DNA of 64,000 bases from Candidatus Thalassarchaeaceae archaeon (GTDB lineage: Archaea; Thermoplasmatota; Poseidoniia; Poseidoniales; Thalassarchaeaceae), in NCBI GenBank assembly GCA_034399535.1, contig DASCSS010000018.1, positions 492 through 64,491 of the forward strand, in the 5' to 3' direction. Under the pieces are notes generated by a model. It did no database searches. It saw only the letters and a program-made list of their open reading frames with translations, and had not been told where the DNA came from. A program made the position numbers and the translations under genes. The first letter of the stretch is position 1, and each line of letters starts with the position of its first letter. Below, piece by piece: positions 10,083-19,468 of this stretch.

Positions 10083-11087
10083 TCACCTCCTCTTTGGCGG
10101 CTTGGGGAACTTCGCTTTGATGCCCTCGACCTCGCGATTGATGGACTCGATTTGTTCGCTGCCCCAGGGTTCGCCACCGAAGTGATCGACCCGAACGGCT
10201 ATGCTTGCCTTTCCCGCTAGGAAGCGAGCTATCTTTCCACGAACCCAACGAGGGGAGCGGCTAACCTGGGGCATTGAGAACAATACCACCCCGTGCTTTG
10301 GAGGAGGGGCGCCCCTCCGATGTGCTGACATCGCCGCATGGGCACCGAGAACCTGCAGAGAACCGGATGGCATTCTCGCCAATCTTTCCCTGCTACCAGC
10401 AAGGACCACCAGCTTGGCCGCAGAAAGTGGCCCCATTAGGGCACTTAGAGAAGGAAGGTATGCCGCGGAAATCTCACGGATCGAATCCTCGTGATGGGAT
10501 AGCATCTTGGAGGTGGAGGTGACTTCCTTGGCAAGCGAATTTAGGGCAATCCATTCGGATTCGCTGGGCTCGTGCTTGGGCTTTGCAACCCCCAGAAGCT
10601 TGGCCGCCTCTACAATATTGTCAGATTCGGATACAGCACTTGGAATCGCCCCCCTCTGGGAGTCAAGATCGGCCTCGGTGATGAAAAGGCCTGACCACTC
10701 GACGCAGCGAGCCTCCAAAGTCGTCCATGAAGATCTGATCTCCAGTGTTGACGAGACGATCATGTCTAAGCGGCGATCAATGTCCCCCGATGCATCTTCG
10801 ATTCCCATCTTTGCCAACATGTTAGAAGCATCATGCAGTAGCTTGGATTCATGCTCGCTAACTGGGGGCCAGGAAGGATCGGAGACAGAAGCAAATTGAT
10901 CTAACGCTGCGTCAGGAAATCGGAGAGTCAACTCCCTCACTTCGGGGAGCAATCTGCCTTTTTGGATCATACTCAGCCTTTCCGCTATTGTTGATGGGTT
11001 CTGATGCCCGTCCCATATTTTCTCGTCTACAATATGGCCATCTTCGTCCAATACCCGTGCGAGTCTCCAGTCATAGTGGATTATCAC
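10083..11087 (-). CDS. nop5: Nop56/58 (Nop5) C/D box sRNP core protein
   Basis: NOSIC/Nop domain pattern (LSAAKLVVLAGSRERLARMPSGSLQVLGA...KHGVVLF). It lies immediately upstream of fibrillarin, the conserved archaeal pairing. Confidence 0.9.
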   Translation of the reverse strand: MIIHYDWRLARVLDEDGHIVDEKIWDGHQNPSTIAERLSMIQKGRLLPEVRELTLRFPDAALDQFASVSDPSWPPVSEHESKLLHDASNMLAKMGIEDASGDIDRRLDMIVSSTLEIRSSWTTLEARCVEWSGLFITEADLDSQRGAIPSAVSESDNIVEAAKLLGVAKPKHEPSESEWIALNSLAKEVTSTSKMLSHHEDSIREISAAYLPSLSALMGPLSAAKLVVLAGSRERLARMPSGSLQVLGAHAAMSAHRRGAPPPKHGVVLFSMPQVSRSPRWVRGKIARFLAGKASIAVRVDHFGGEPWGSEQIESINREVEGIKAKFPKPPKRR

Positions 11088-11212
11088 AGTGCTCCGAGGC
11101 GGGTTTCCGGCTTGAACGGTGCGGAAGGCGACAAATTTTGATTACGAATAGTTGAATAGTCAGCAGGTTCAGCGTGACTCGGTTCGCGTTAATGCGATAT
11201 GGGTGCTAGAGC

Positions 11213-11593
11213 ATGTTTTGTCCAGAGTGTGGTTCTCTTTCTTATCCGGACAACAAAGGATGGATCAAATGCCCCGACTACAAGTGCGGATATGAGGGGC
11301 CACTTTCTGGGTCTGATGGGAAGGGATCGGAATTTACAGACCCGATGACAGGGGAAACCATTGACCTATCAAAGGCCAGAGCCATCACTGATTCCAAGTC
11401 CCTCAAGCACCTCACCGAAGTAGTAGAGGAGCAAGGACCAAGGGGAACGCTAAGAGTTGGGGACTACATCTGTCCAAAATGCGATGGGAATAGGACGTTC
11501 GTTGAACTACGACAGACTAGAGCATCAGATGAGCCGGAGACCAAGATTTGCACATGCGAGACTTGTGGACATAGGTGGAGGGAGTACCAGTAG
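11213..11593 (+). CDS. tfs: Transcription factor S (TFIIS/RpoM-like zinc-ribbon cleavage factor)
   Basis: N-terminal Zn ribbon CPECGS...CPDYKC, C-terminal ribbon CPKCDG...CETCGH, and the acidic hairpin RASDEPET. Confidence 0.85.
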   Translation: MFCPECGSLSYPDNKGWIKCPDYKCGYEGPLSGSDGKGSEFTDPMTGETIDLSKARAITDSKSLKHLTEVVEEQGPRGTLRVGDYICPKCDGNRTFVELRQTRASDEPETKICTCETCGHRWREYQ

Positions 11594-11663
11594 AGACGCT
11601 TACAATCACCCAATAAGCATCAAGAGCCTTCTATCATAACAGCACGAATAGAGAGGGGTTAGG

Positions 11664-12413
11664 ATGCTGAGAATTACGGCAAAGCAACAATTGATGAGGG
11701 AAATCGTAGACGTACTATCGGTTCTGACTGACGAGGCAAAATTAGTTTGGGGTGAGAAGGGCCTCAGTGTAAGCGTAGTTGACGGGTCACACGTCGCACT
11801 GTTGTCGACGACAATCACGGACGAATGCTTCGAGACATACGAAGTAGAACCAGTGGAGATAGGCCTGGAGTTAGGGAAGATGAGGGACCTACTAACTCTG
11901 GCGGGCCCGAGCGACCTGGTAGAGATGGATTACGATGACGCGGTGGGTGCGATAAACGTCAGAGTTGGAGAAGTCCACAGAATCCTGAGGGGAATTGACA
12001 CTAACGCAATGGATAACCCCAGCCAACCGAAGCTAGAATTCAAGTCCAAGGCCACGATAGGCTCTGAGAAGATATCTAGAGCGCTGAGAGCTGCGAAGTT
12101 TGTGGGGGAGTTGGTTGATCTTAGCATGGATAAGACCCAGATGACTGTTTCAGTTACAGTTGAGGCAGGCGAGGGGGTTAATGTGAGATTTGAGTCGGGG
12201 GAGTTGACTGAGTTGTCATGTGCCTCTCCGACACATTCCACATACTCTCTACAGTTCTTAGATCCACTAACAAGAAAGCTCGCAGGGGGTCTAACGAATG
12301 AGATTACACTCGAGTTTGAGGAGAAGTATCCTCTGAGGTTGACTTGGCTTAGCAACGACGGTGGTGCCAGATGGACATACTTCCTGGCCCCTAGAGTAAT
12401 GAATGACCCGTGA
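11664..12413 (+). CDS. pcn: DNA polymerase sliding clamp (PCNA)
   Basis: 249 aa, two-domain clamp pattern, N-terminus LRITAKQQLMREIVDVLSVLTDEAKLVWGEKGLSV typical of archaeal PCNA. Confidence 0.82.
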   Translation: MLRITAKQQLMREIVDVLSVLTDEAKLVWGEKGLSVSVVDGSHVALLSTTITDECFETYEVEPVEIGLELGKMRDLLTLAGPSDLVEMDYDDAVGAINVRVGEVHRILRGIDTNAMDNPSQPKLEFKSKATIGSEKISRALRAAKFVGELVDLSMDKTQMTVSVTVEAGEGVNVRFESGELTELSCASPTHSTYSLQFLDPLTRKLAGGLTNEITLEFEEKYPLRLTWLSNDGGARWTYFLAPRVMNDP

Positions 12414-13534
12414 ACTCATCAATGAGTAGCCACCAGGGCTTTATGATGGATTGTAGGGTCTGTGTGATTGTCCCTACGGTAAACAACTCCGAGGAATTGG
12501 AAATTACGCTGGATGGATTGAGCAAGCAGACCTATACTGACATGGAGGTTGCCGTCGTAGGTCCAGGGAGTGATCCTGGTAGAATAGTTGCAGAGAATAG
12601 AGGAGTTCTATTCTTGGACGAGGGAAGCGCAACAACCAGGGCTGATGCATGCAATGTGGCAATTAGGGGTACATCGTCGGAACTGATATTATTTACTGAT
12701 GATGACGTAATAGTACCGAACGACTGGGTAGAGAATCTGGTCAAGTGGTTCGAAAGACCGGAGGTGGCTGGAGTCGGTGGACCCAACTTCGCACCGACTG
12801 AAGGTTCGACCATCTGGCAGAAATCGATAGACGTGGCATTCTGTAACCGATTCTTCACTGCTGGAACAAACTACGGCAGGAAATCCAAGGAAGTTCTGGA
12901 GGAAGTCGAACAGTTACCGGGGGTCAATTCGGCTTACAGAAGAGAGGTGCTTGAGGAAGTCGGTGGCTTTGATGAGGGGGCAATAGGAGCAGAGGACGTA
13001 ATGCTAGATTTCCGAATTAGGAAGACTGGTCACAGGCTCTGGTCTGACGGAAGTGCAGTGATGTGGCACAGGAGGAGGGGGCTTAGCAGAGTCATGAAAC
13101 AGATCAGGAACTATGGCATGGTAAGGAAGCTTGCTGGAAACCGATACCCGAGTCTATGGGGATGGAGTCACTCTCTCGTCTCAGCGTTTCCCCCACTGGT
13201 GATTCTGTCCATCGGCTTGTTTTCGTGGGGATTACTCAATGGTGGCTTGGCATGGCCGGAATTCTGGGACTTGTCCCTTGAGTCGGTGCCAATGAGTTCA
13301 GAGCGGATTGCAGTACACCAATTGCCCACGTTAGCGATTTTATACAACATCGTTGCATGGTTGGGAGGTGCAACTGGTTACTCACCCAACAGAGGTTTGA
13401 TTACCGTATTCCTATCCTCGTTCGTCTCCTTCATTCTACATTGGAACTATGGCATCGGAGTACTGAAGGCAAGACTGTCAATCGCCACTGGGAGCCCTTC
13501 TTCGCAGATCGATGACCGGGACAGGATGGGTTAG
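12410..13534 (+). CDS. Family 2 glycosyltransferase with C-terminal membrane domain
   Basis: VIVPTVNNSEEL N-terminal GT-A motif, a DxD motif (FTDDDV), and C-terminal TM helices. The start could be ATG 12422. Confidence 0.78.
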   Translation: MNSSMSSHQGFMMDCRVCVIVPTVNNSEELEITLDGLSKQTYTDMEVAVVGPGSDPGRIVAENRGVLFLDEGSATTRADACNVAIRGTSSELILFTDDDVIVPNDWVENLVKWFERPEVAGVGGPNFAPTEGSTIWQKSIDVAFCNRFFTAGTNYGRKSKEVLEEVEQLPGVNSAYRREVLEEVGGFDEGAIGAEDVMLDFRIRKTGHRLWSDGSAVMWHRRRGLSRVMKQIRNYGMVRKLAGNRYPSLWGWSHSLVSAFPPLVILSIGLFSWGLLNGGLAWPEFWDLSLESVPMSSERIAVHQLPTLAILYNIVAWLGGATGYSPNRGLITVFLSSFVSFILHWNYGIGVLKARLSIATGSPSSQIDDRDRMG

Positions 13535-14268
13535 TCACGACGATTGTGAGGTATCATTTTTCCGGACTCGTGGTACCATGTTGGTTGGCGGGGACGCCAG
13601 AAGATGCCTGTGAAGACTCCAAAGAAAACGCCCCCGAAAATTAGGTTCAGCCACCCCTCGGAAATGTATGTTTGGCTGGCATTATAGTATGCCCAAGCGA
13701 ATGAGGGGATTATTCCAACTACAATTGAGATGAGTGCCTCCTCACGGAGAAGTCTCGAACTGTCCCGCCTAATTGGAAGTCCGGGTGGATTGAGGGGCCA
13801 AGTAGGAGAATCCCGGATCACCAGTCTAATTTTGGCGCCCTCGAAACGTCCCTCCATGTTTCCGGGGAAGGCGAGCGAGGTCCTTGCAGTGCCAGAGCGC
13901 CAGACCCTAAGTATTCGAGGGGCTTCTTTGCCCTTGACCAGTGGCCGGCCGTCACATTGCTTTCCCCAATAGCTTTCAGCGTAGTCGGCGAGTATCTCCA
14001 CTGAGTTGTCTTCTCCCGAAATCAGACCCCTGGAGTATGCCAATTCCCATTCGGACTCCGAAGCCACTTCCGCGCTCATGGATTCAATTAGCGTATCTGC
14101 CTCAGTGGGTTCTACTGGTTGGACGGAAATTCTGAAACTATACCCCAAGGAAACCTCGTGACGAGGGCCGATGCCTCCGAACATTATCGACCTTTTATCC
14201 GAACCCATCGTGACTGAACCTGGCTGAACTTCGGCCCAGATAAACGGAGGGGGGCCCAAATTCACCAC
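13531..14268 (-). CDS. Hypothetical membrane-anchored protein with weak FGE/sulfatase-modifying-factor-like N-terminal domain
   Basis: WAEVQPGSVTMGSD and SESEWELAYSRG resemble FGE-sulfatase domain blocks. Two C-terminal TM helices. It overlaps the upstream ABC gene stop by 7 nt, suggesting an operon. Confidence 0.35.
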   Translation of the reverse strand: MVNLGPPPFIWAEVQPGSVTMGSDKRSIMFGGIGPRHEVSLGYSFRISVQPVEPTEADTLIESMSAEVASESEWELAYSRGLISGEDNSVEILADYAESYWGKQCDGRPLVKGKEAPRILRVWRSGTARTSLAFPGNMEGRFEGAKIRLVIRDSPTWPLNPPGLPIRRDSSRLLREEALISIVVGIIPSFAWAYYNASQTYISEGWLNLIFGGVFFGVFTGIFWRPRQPTWYHESGKMIPHNRRD

Positions 14269-16172
14269 TCCGAAGAATCAAGCTCTCCGGTTTGTATGGA
14301 CCATTGTGAAGCGTAAACGTTGTCGTTGCCTAGCAAGTCATAGTGCGTTCCTCTTTCCACGATTGCACCATCAACCATTGCAATAATCTCGTCTGCATTT
14401 CTGATGGTTGCAAGTCTATGTGCTACTGCTATCGTTATCCTATCCTTGCTGCCATTGGAGCCCCCGAACAGGGATTCCTGAATCCTCTTCTCGGTCTCTG
14501 CGTCAAGTGCGGCGCTCGCCTCATCGAGTATCAGTAGATCCGGATCATTGAGTAGCGCTCGTGCTAAACTGATCCTAGCTCTCTGTCCCCCAGATAGCAT
14601 GACACCCCTGTCACCAACCATCGTATCGATTCCATCGGACATCTGTGACACGAAATCCCAGGCTCCTGCCGCCTCCAAGGCACTGTGAACCTGTTCATCC
14701 GAGGAATCGCGAGCATATGCGACATTGTCCCTGACCGTTCCAAAGAACAGGAAGGGATCCTGGGAAACAAATCCCACACGTGACCTGACGGACTCTATCT
14801 GGAAATCATTGATGTCCTGGCCATTAATCATGACGGCCCCGTTCTGGGGTTCGTAGAACCTCTCCACCAGCTTCAGGATTGTGCTCTTTCCCGCCCCAGT
14901 GTGACCCATGACGCCGAGGAAATCCCCGGAAGAGGCGGAGAAGGATATCTCGTTCAACACATTAGCTCCTGATGTCGGATAGGCAAAGGACACGCCTTCG
15001 AATTGTATCGAGGTTATTGGCCCATCCAATGGCATTGCCCCCTCTTTGTCAAATATTGACGGTTCGAGATCTATGATTGCGAAGACCCGCTTTGATGCTG
15101 CCTCACCTCGCTGTAGTTGGTTGAGAAGGATTCCCAGAATGAACATGGGCATGGTCATCCTCGTAGAAATCAGGAGGAAAGTGACGAATTGGCCGACTGA
15201 AATCTCACCGGACTCCATTACCCATCCGCCTGCTGACACAAGAAGGCCAAATGAAATCCCGGCCACGACGTAAATTCCAGGGATGAACCGATTCCTCAAG
15301 AAGGCTGCTTGTATTGCCTGATCCCGGTAGTCTCCACTCTGGCCCTCAATCCTGGAACCTTCGAACCTGGTGGCGTTGTAGGCTTGGACCACAGTAATGC
15401 CGGAGAGGACGTTCTCCAGGATTGCAACTATCCCCCCAGTGCTCTCTCTCTGTTTCCTGTACTTTCTCTGGACTCTTGTCGAAAACCAGACGACCATGGG
15501 GATAATTAGGATGAGGGGGACGAAGAGGATCAAGGCCAGTGTTGGTGACATCCAAAACATAATTGCGAACGCAGTTGCGAACGTTGTAATGATTCGAATC
15601 ATGCTTGTACTTGCGTCGGAGACGATATCCTCCAGTTGGGCAACATCTGCAGATAGGACAGACATTAGGTTCCCGGACTGCCGACTCTCGAAGTAAGAGG
15701 CCTCCATAGACATTAGTGAATGAGTTGCATCCATCCTGATGTCGTGCTGGGCCTTGTAGGCGGTTGACTGCCAGAGTTGATTGCTAACTCCCTGGAAAAC
15801 TGCAAGAAGCGTGAATGATATCAGGATAAGCAGGCCGAACCCTAGTTCGATAGAGTTGATTGGTCCGAGGGAGGGGAGGGCTTCGGAATTCACGAAGTTC
15901 TCGATGGCGGAGTTTGTGAATGTCTTGGATTGGTAGTAGTCTGCTGCCATGCCTATCGCAATGAATGGGATCAGATCGAATGCCCTAGCACCAATATTCG
16001 CCAGGATCCCCCCGAGGGCTTGTCTCCAATAGCGTGTGACATAAGGTACGATTCGCCAAATCTTCTTGCCGACTACCTGTCTGTCATCAAATTGATCAGA
16101 GGCGTCTTTGCTGATCGAGGTCACGGTAGAGGGCTCAACCTTCTCTCCAATGGGGGCACTCGATGCAGGCAC
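14262..16172 (-). CDS. ABC transporter, fused permease/ATPase (MsbA/MdlB-type exporter)
   Basis: Six-TM N-terminal domain, Walker A GHTGAGKST, signature LSGGQRARI, Walker B LLILDEASAALD. Confidence 0.9.
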   Translation of the reverse strand: MPASSAPIGEKVEPSTVTSISKDASDQFDDRQVVGKKIWRIVPYVTRYWRQALGGILANIGARAFDLIPFIAIGMAADYYQSKTFTNSAIENFVNSEALPSLGPINSIELGFGLLILISFTLLAVFQGVSNQLWQSTAYKAQHDIRMDATHSLMSMEASYFESRQSGNLMSVLSADVAQLEDIVSDASTSMIRIITTFATAFAIMFWMSPTLALILFVPLILIIPMVVWFSTRVQRKYRKQRESTGGIVAILENVLSGITVVQAYNATRFEGSRIEGQSGDYRDQAIQAAFLRNRFIPGIYVVAGISFGLLVSAGGWVMESGEISVGQFVTFLLISTRMTMPMFILGILLNQLQRGEAASKRVFAIIDLEPSIFDKEGAMPLDGPITSIQFEGVSFAYPTSGANVLNEISFSASSGDFLGVMGHTGAGKSTILKLVERFYEPQNGAVMINGQDINDFQIESVRSRVGFVSQDPFLFFGTVRDNVAYARDSSDEQVHSALEAAGAWDFVSQMSDGIDTMVGDRGVMLSGGQRARISLARALLNDPDLLILDEASAALDAETEKRIQESLFGGSNGSKDRITIAVAHRLATIRNADEIIAMVDGAIVERGTHYDLLGNDNVYASQWSIQTGELDSSEW

Positions 16173-16243
16173 AGCGCTTCGTGCAGCATTGGGTGTTTCA
16201 ATGCTTCACTCTTTTCGCTGCGAAGAAATTTCTAATGGGATTT

Positions 16244-16318
16244 TGGTGCGCCCGCCGGGATTTGAACCCGGGACAAGAGGTTGGAAACCTCTTGTGATAA
16301 CCCCTTCACTACAGGCGC
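16244..16318 (-). tRNA. tRNA-Gly (anticodon UCC), CCA encoded
   Basis: The reverse complement folds by hand into a cloverleaf: acceptor GCGCCTG/CGGGCGC, D arm GTGA/TCAC, anticodon stem AGAGG/CCTCT with loop TTTCCAA, T arm CCGGG-TTCAAAT-CCCGG, then ACCA. Confidence 0.9.
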
Positions 16319-16339
16319 TTGTACTTGGCGGGCTCATGG

Positions 16340-16350
16340 TATCTCTAAAT
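16340..16350 (-). promoter_or_regulatory. Candidate TATA box for tRNA-Gly
   Basis: The minus strand reads ATTTAGAGATA, centred about 27 nt upstream of the tRNA 5' end, which is the expected archaeal TATA position. Confidence 0.3.
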
Positions 16351-16382
16351 CGATTCGGTAAGCTGAATGATTTGAAAAGTGA

Positions 16383-16610
16383 GTGCCTACACGGCTATTC
16401 ATGATGCTCAGGCAGATGATTGGCATTTTTCTGGTATTGCTTTTTCTTCCAATAAATGGGCCTCTGTTGAGGATGTTCATGGAATCGCGAGGGGCGTCAC
16501 CAATTGGCGAATTGCAGTTCCTAGGAATCTCGATCGTCATGTTCATTGCCGGGTTATTGATGATTTTCACCCCATCAATAATGAAATTTCACTCAGAGTC
16601 CATAGAGTGA
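16383..16610 (+). CDS. Possible small membrane protein (75 aa, 2 TM)
   Basis: This is the only ORF in a 270-bp gap. It has two clear hydrophobic helices (IGIFLVLLFLPI, FLGISIVMFIAGLLMIF). I recognise no homology. Confidence 0.3.
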   Translation: MPTRLFMMLRQMIGIFLVLLFLPINGPLLRMFMESRGASPIGELQFLGISIVMFIAGLLMIFTPSIMKFHSESIE

Positions 16611-17495
16611 TTTTGGCCATTCTGAATGGATGTTGAACATCAGGCTCTCCACTCGTTCCTCTGCCCACTCGTCGGCTAGAAGACGGGAGCAGAGCTCCTG
16701 TGTTCTCTTTGGGATGGTCTTCGGTCCGAGAACGGCCCCTGGTCTCTTGGGATCGTCAAGAAAGTCGGTTTCCATCCCCCATGGTGCATCAGAATCATTG
16801 AGAGAAGAAGACAGTTGATCGATACTGCCCTTTCCAACGCTAACTGTGGCCGGGAGATTGCTAGTAAATTCCGAACTGACATCGGGAGGTGCGAAATGCC
16901 TGATTGCGTGTTCAACGGGGAGGCCGGATTTTTTGCAGAGTTCACTCAGCTCCCTACAGGTCGTCGGCCCGTTCTCTTCGACATGGAGTTGAATCGTGAC
17001 TCCTGCTGAAGAGGCCATCGACATTACCTCTAGCAGGTTATCATTGGCTGCTTCCCATGTAGATCCCGACACTGGATAATGGGGGCGGCCGACCTCTCCT
17101 AGACAGTGGGCATCTCCAGAGTCTATGTACTCAATTGCAAGACTTACGGCTGCCAAGTGCAATTCTGTGGACCTCTCCTGTCCCAAAGCCCCAATCTGCT
17201 TCTCCCAGACTACCGGGTGGGGGCCCAAGGCGACTCCCACGTCAATTCCAAAGGATTCCCTGACCTCATTGGCCATGGCTATAGTATCCAAGTATGCATC
17301 GTCGTACTCATTAACATCAATAGGTAGTGATTCGGAGAATGTGGGTTTGTGAACTAGCAACATCCCGGTTCCCCCGCACTTAACGAAATCCGAGACCGCC
17401 CCCAGGAACCTATGCCTCCTATCCAAGTGGATATGCTGATCAAAAATTGGTCCGGTCCAGAATCCGTCCTCAAGCATTTTCTCACGCCAAGGCAC
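16593..17495 (-). CDS. TatD-family metal-dependent hydrolase
   Basis: N-terminal FDQHIHLD metal-binding motif and amidohydrolase/TIM-barrel-like His/Glu spacing (LHVEEN, HF). It is overlap-coupled to the upstream gene. Confidence 0.65.
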   Translation of the reverse strand: MPWREKMLEDGFWTGPIFDQHIHLDRRHRFLGAVSDFVKCGGTGMLLVHKPTFSESLPIDVNEYDDAYLDTIAMANEVRESFGIDVGVALGPHPVVWEKQIGALGQERSTELHLAAVSLAIEYIDSGDAHCLGEVGRPHYPVSGSTWEAANDNLLEVMSMASSAGVTIQLHVEENGPTTCRELSELCKKSGLPVEHAIRHFAPPDVSSEFTSNLPATVSVGKGSIDQLSSSLNDSDAPWGMETDFLDDPKRPGAVLGPKTIPKRTQELCSRLLADEWAEERVESLMFNIHSEWPKSLYGL

Positions 17496-18012
17496 CCTCG
17501 CCCTCCAATAGAGAGAGCCAGTGTATTACGGCCATCTCAGCAACACTCCTAGACGGCTGCCCCAGTACAACTCCCCTACCGTTGTTGAACAGCAGTATCG
17601 TACAGTTGTGCCTCTTTGCTTCAATCCTCAAGGCATCGAGCCTCAAATCGTGTTCCACGTCAGAAAACCTCTCAGCGGCCAGACCAATCATTACTGCTCT
17701 GCCTAATGAGAAGCTGCCAAGTGTCTCGCCCTTGTCAACTACTAATCCCGCCTCGGAAATACCCATTCGGAGGAGTGTCTCCTCCGCAATTAGAATAGCT
17801 GCCTCGATACTGGAAATTCCATGAATGAGCAATGTACCATTTGGTTCTATTACGATGACTGCACGAGGGTTCTCGTGTTCAATAACTGCGTAGGCACCAT
17901 TGCTACTGGCACCCCCAAGAGTCACTGCATCCGCAATGGAAACTGGTTTCTGAGGAGTAAACCTGAAAGATTGGGTCTCGATATTGAATCTCATATTTTC
18001 CCCAACCATCAC
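17482..18012 (-). CDS. Divergent TBP-fold (TATA-binding-protein-like) two-repeat protein
   Basis: 176 aa with an internal duplication. Each half ends in a strand-turn-strand-helix pattern: AVIVIEPNGTLLIHGISSIEAAILIAEETLLRMGI and CTILLFNNGRGVVLGQPSRSVAEMAVIHWLSLL. These resemble the TBP block LIFSSGKxVxTGAKSxEDAxxA. The protein is much more divergent than a canonical TBP. Confidence 0.35.
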   Translation of the reverse strand: MMVGENMRFNIETQSFRFTPQKPVSIADAVTLGGASSNGAYAVIEHENPRAVIVIEPNGTLLIHGISSIEAAILIAEETLLRMGISEAGLVVDKGETLGSFSLGRAVMIGLAAERFSDVEHDLRLDALRIEAKRHNCTILLFNNGRGVVLGQPSRSVAEMAVIHWLSLLEGEGALA

Positions 18013-18815
18013 TCCATCTCCACCTTCTCCAGTGAATCACAGGTAATTAGGCTAGCCTCTAACGAGGGGAGGTATGCCTGCTGGACGGGGACTAGGAGAA
18101 CAGCATCATCCACATTTTCATCTTCGGCGGTTTTTTCCAGTAAATCTGACAACGCCCCCCTCAAGCGTGAGCAAAACCGAGAGTCGCGCTGATGAATCAA
18201 TGAGTTCGTGAGACCCATTCTCTCCTCGGACCACCAAGCTGCACAAACCGTGGCCGCAGCGCCCATTTCGACATTTACCATTTTGTGGCGTTTTACCCGG
18301 GGGATTGCAGATTTTTTTAGGCGGGACCATCGTTTAGAACGGCCAATTGTAGCAATGAGGTTCCGGAACTTCACTTGTTCGTCTGCCCACCTCGATTGCC
18401 AGTCGGACCAATCATTGTCATCTAATTCGGGCTCTATCGGGTAGATGGGCAAACCACCTCTGGAGTTTTCAGCATGGCGGATTAGTCGAATTAGCTCAGG
18501 ATCTGGGATCGAGGGGCCATCAACTTCCAACTCCCTCAAATCTCCAACAAGCATCCCCAAAGTAGTTCCTGAAGAGTATGCTGAATCCGCATGTATTCCT
18601 GGGCTTTCTTTGTCCTGCTGTTCCTCCTGTCTTATCGAGAGGACCTCATCAGGGGAGGCAATCAACGCCAGTCCGTGCCACTTTCTAGGCCTAATCGCTG
18701 CTGGCATTCGGACACAAGGAAGATAGGGCCAAAGTAAGATTGTGCCCCCAAGAGGATCATTGAAAACCGAGGACTCCCATCGTAACTCTGGAATGCTCAC
18801 AACAGTCCGAGCCAT
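18009..18815 (-). CDS. Hypothetical protein (268 aa)
   Basis: Long ORF overlapping the downstream gene by 4 nt (translational coupling). There is only a weak TraB/PrgY-like C-terminal resemblance (QRDSRFCSRL...AVLLVPV), with no catalytic motif recognised. Confidence 0.45.
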   Translation of the reverse strand: MARTVVSIPELRWESSVFNDPLGGTILLWPYLPCVRMPAAIRPRKWHGLALIASPDEVLSIRQEEQQDKESPGIHADSAYSSGTTLGMLVGDLRELEVDGPSIPDPELIRLIRHAENSRGGLPIYPIEPELDDNDWSDWQSRWADEQVKFRNLIATIGRSKRWSRLKKSAIPRVKRHKMVNVEMGAAATVCAAWWSEERMGLTNSLIHQRDSRFCSRLRGALSDLLEKTAEDENVDDAVLLVPVQQAYLPSLEASLITCDSLEKVEME

Positions 18816-18880
18816 GTCCCCCGATTCAATTAAACGGTGAAATCACCCCATTGGTGTCCCAATAACTGTAGGATTCAAGG

Positions 18881-19360
18881 GTGATGGAGTTTCGAAGTGG
18901 CACGATGGCGACGGATGAACCCTTCTCGATCGAGCCTGTGGTGCTATTGAACGAAGTATTCCCAGGACACACTAATGCATTGAATACGCTTTTCGGTGGT
19001 AGGTTGATGTCGATAATGGATACTGCTGCAGGGATGTCGGCATCAAAATTTGCACATCGGGTATTCGTGACTGTTTCAGTGGATGCACTGAAATTCAAGA
19101 GGCCGGCTTTCCAAGGAGATGTCATTCGAACCACTGCGAGGGTGGTTTGGACCTCCCCCCGAACTGCAGGGATTCACGTCACTTCGTGTAGGCTCTCTAG
19201 ATCGGAATGGGAGGGCGAGGAGATTTGCTCGGGATTTTACTTCATGGTTGCAATCGACGAGTCCATGAAGCCAGTAGAGATACCCCAGTTTGTACCTCAG
19301 ACTGAAGAAGAGAGGGAGATGTGGGGCCTTGCTGAAAGGGCACGAGAGGCAATGAGGTAA
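18881..19360 (+). CDS. Acyl-CoA thioesterase (hotdog fold, YciA-like)
   Basis: VFPGHTNALNTLFGGRLMSIMDTAAG and FKRPAFQGDVI blocks, typical of acyl-CoA hydrolases. Confidence 0.8.
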   Translation: MMEFRSGTMATDEPFSIEPVVLLNEVFPGHTNALNTLFGGRLMSIMDTAAGMSASKFAHRVFVTVSVDALKFKRPAFQGDVIRTTARVVWTSPRTAGIHVTSCRLSRSEWEGEEICSGFYFMVAIDESMKPVEIPQFVPQTEEEREMWGLAERAREAMR

Positions 19361-19468
19361 CTCACGATGCCCCCTTTCCGGCAAAATGATCCACGTAGTA
19401 AAGAGATGCTCTAAGATTACTTCAATGCCCATGAACTTATACCGAATGTTTGTTGCTCGGCCTATCGG

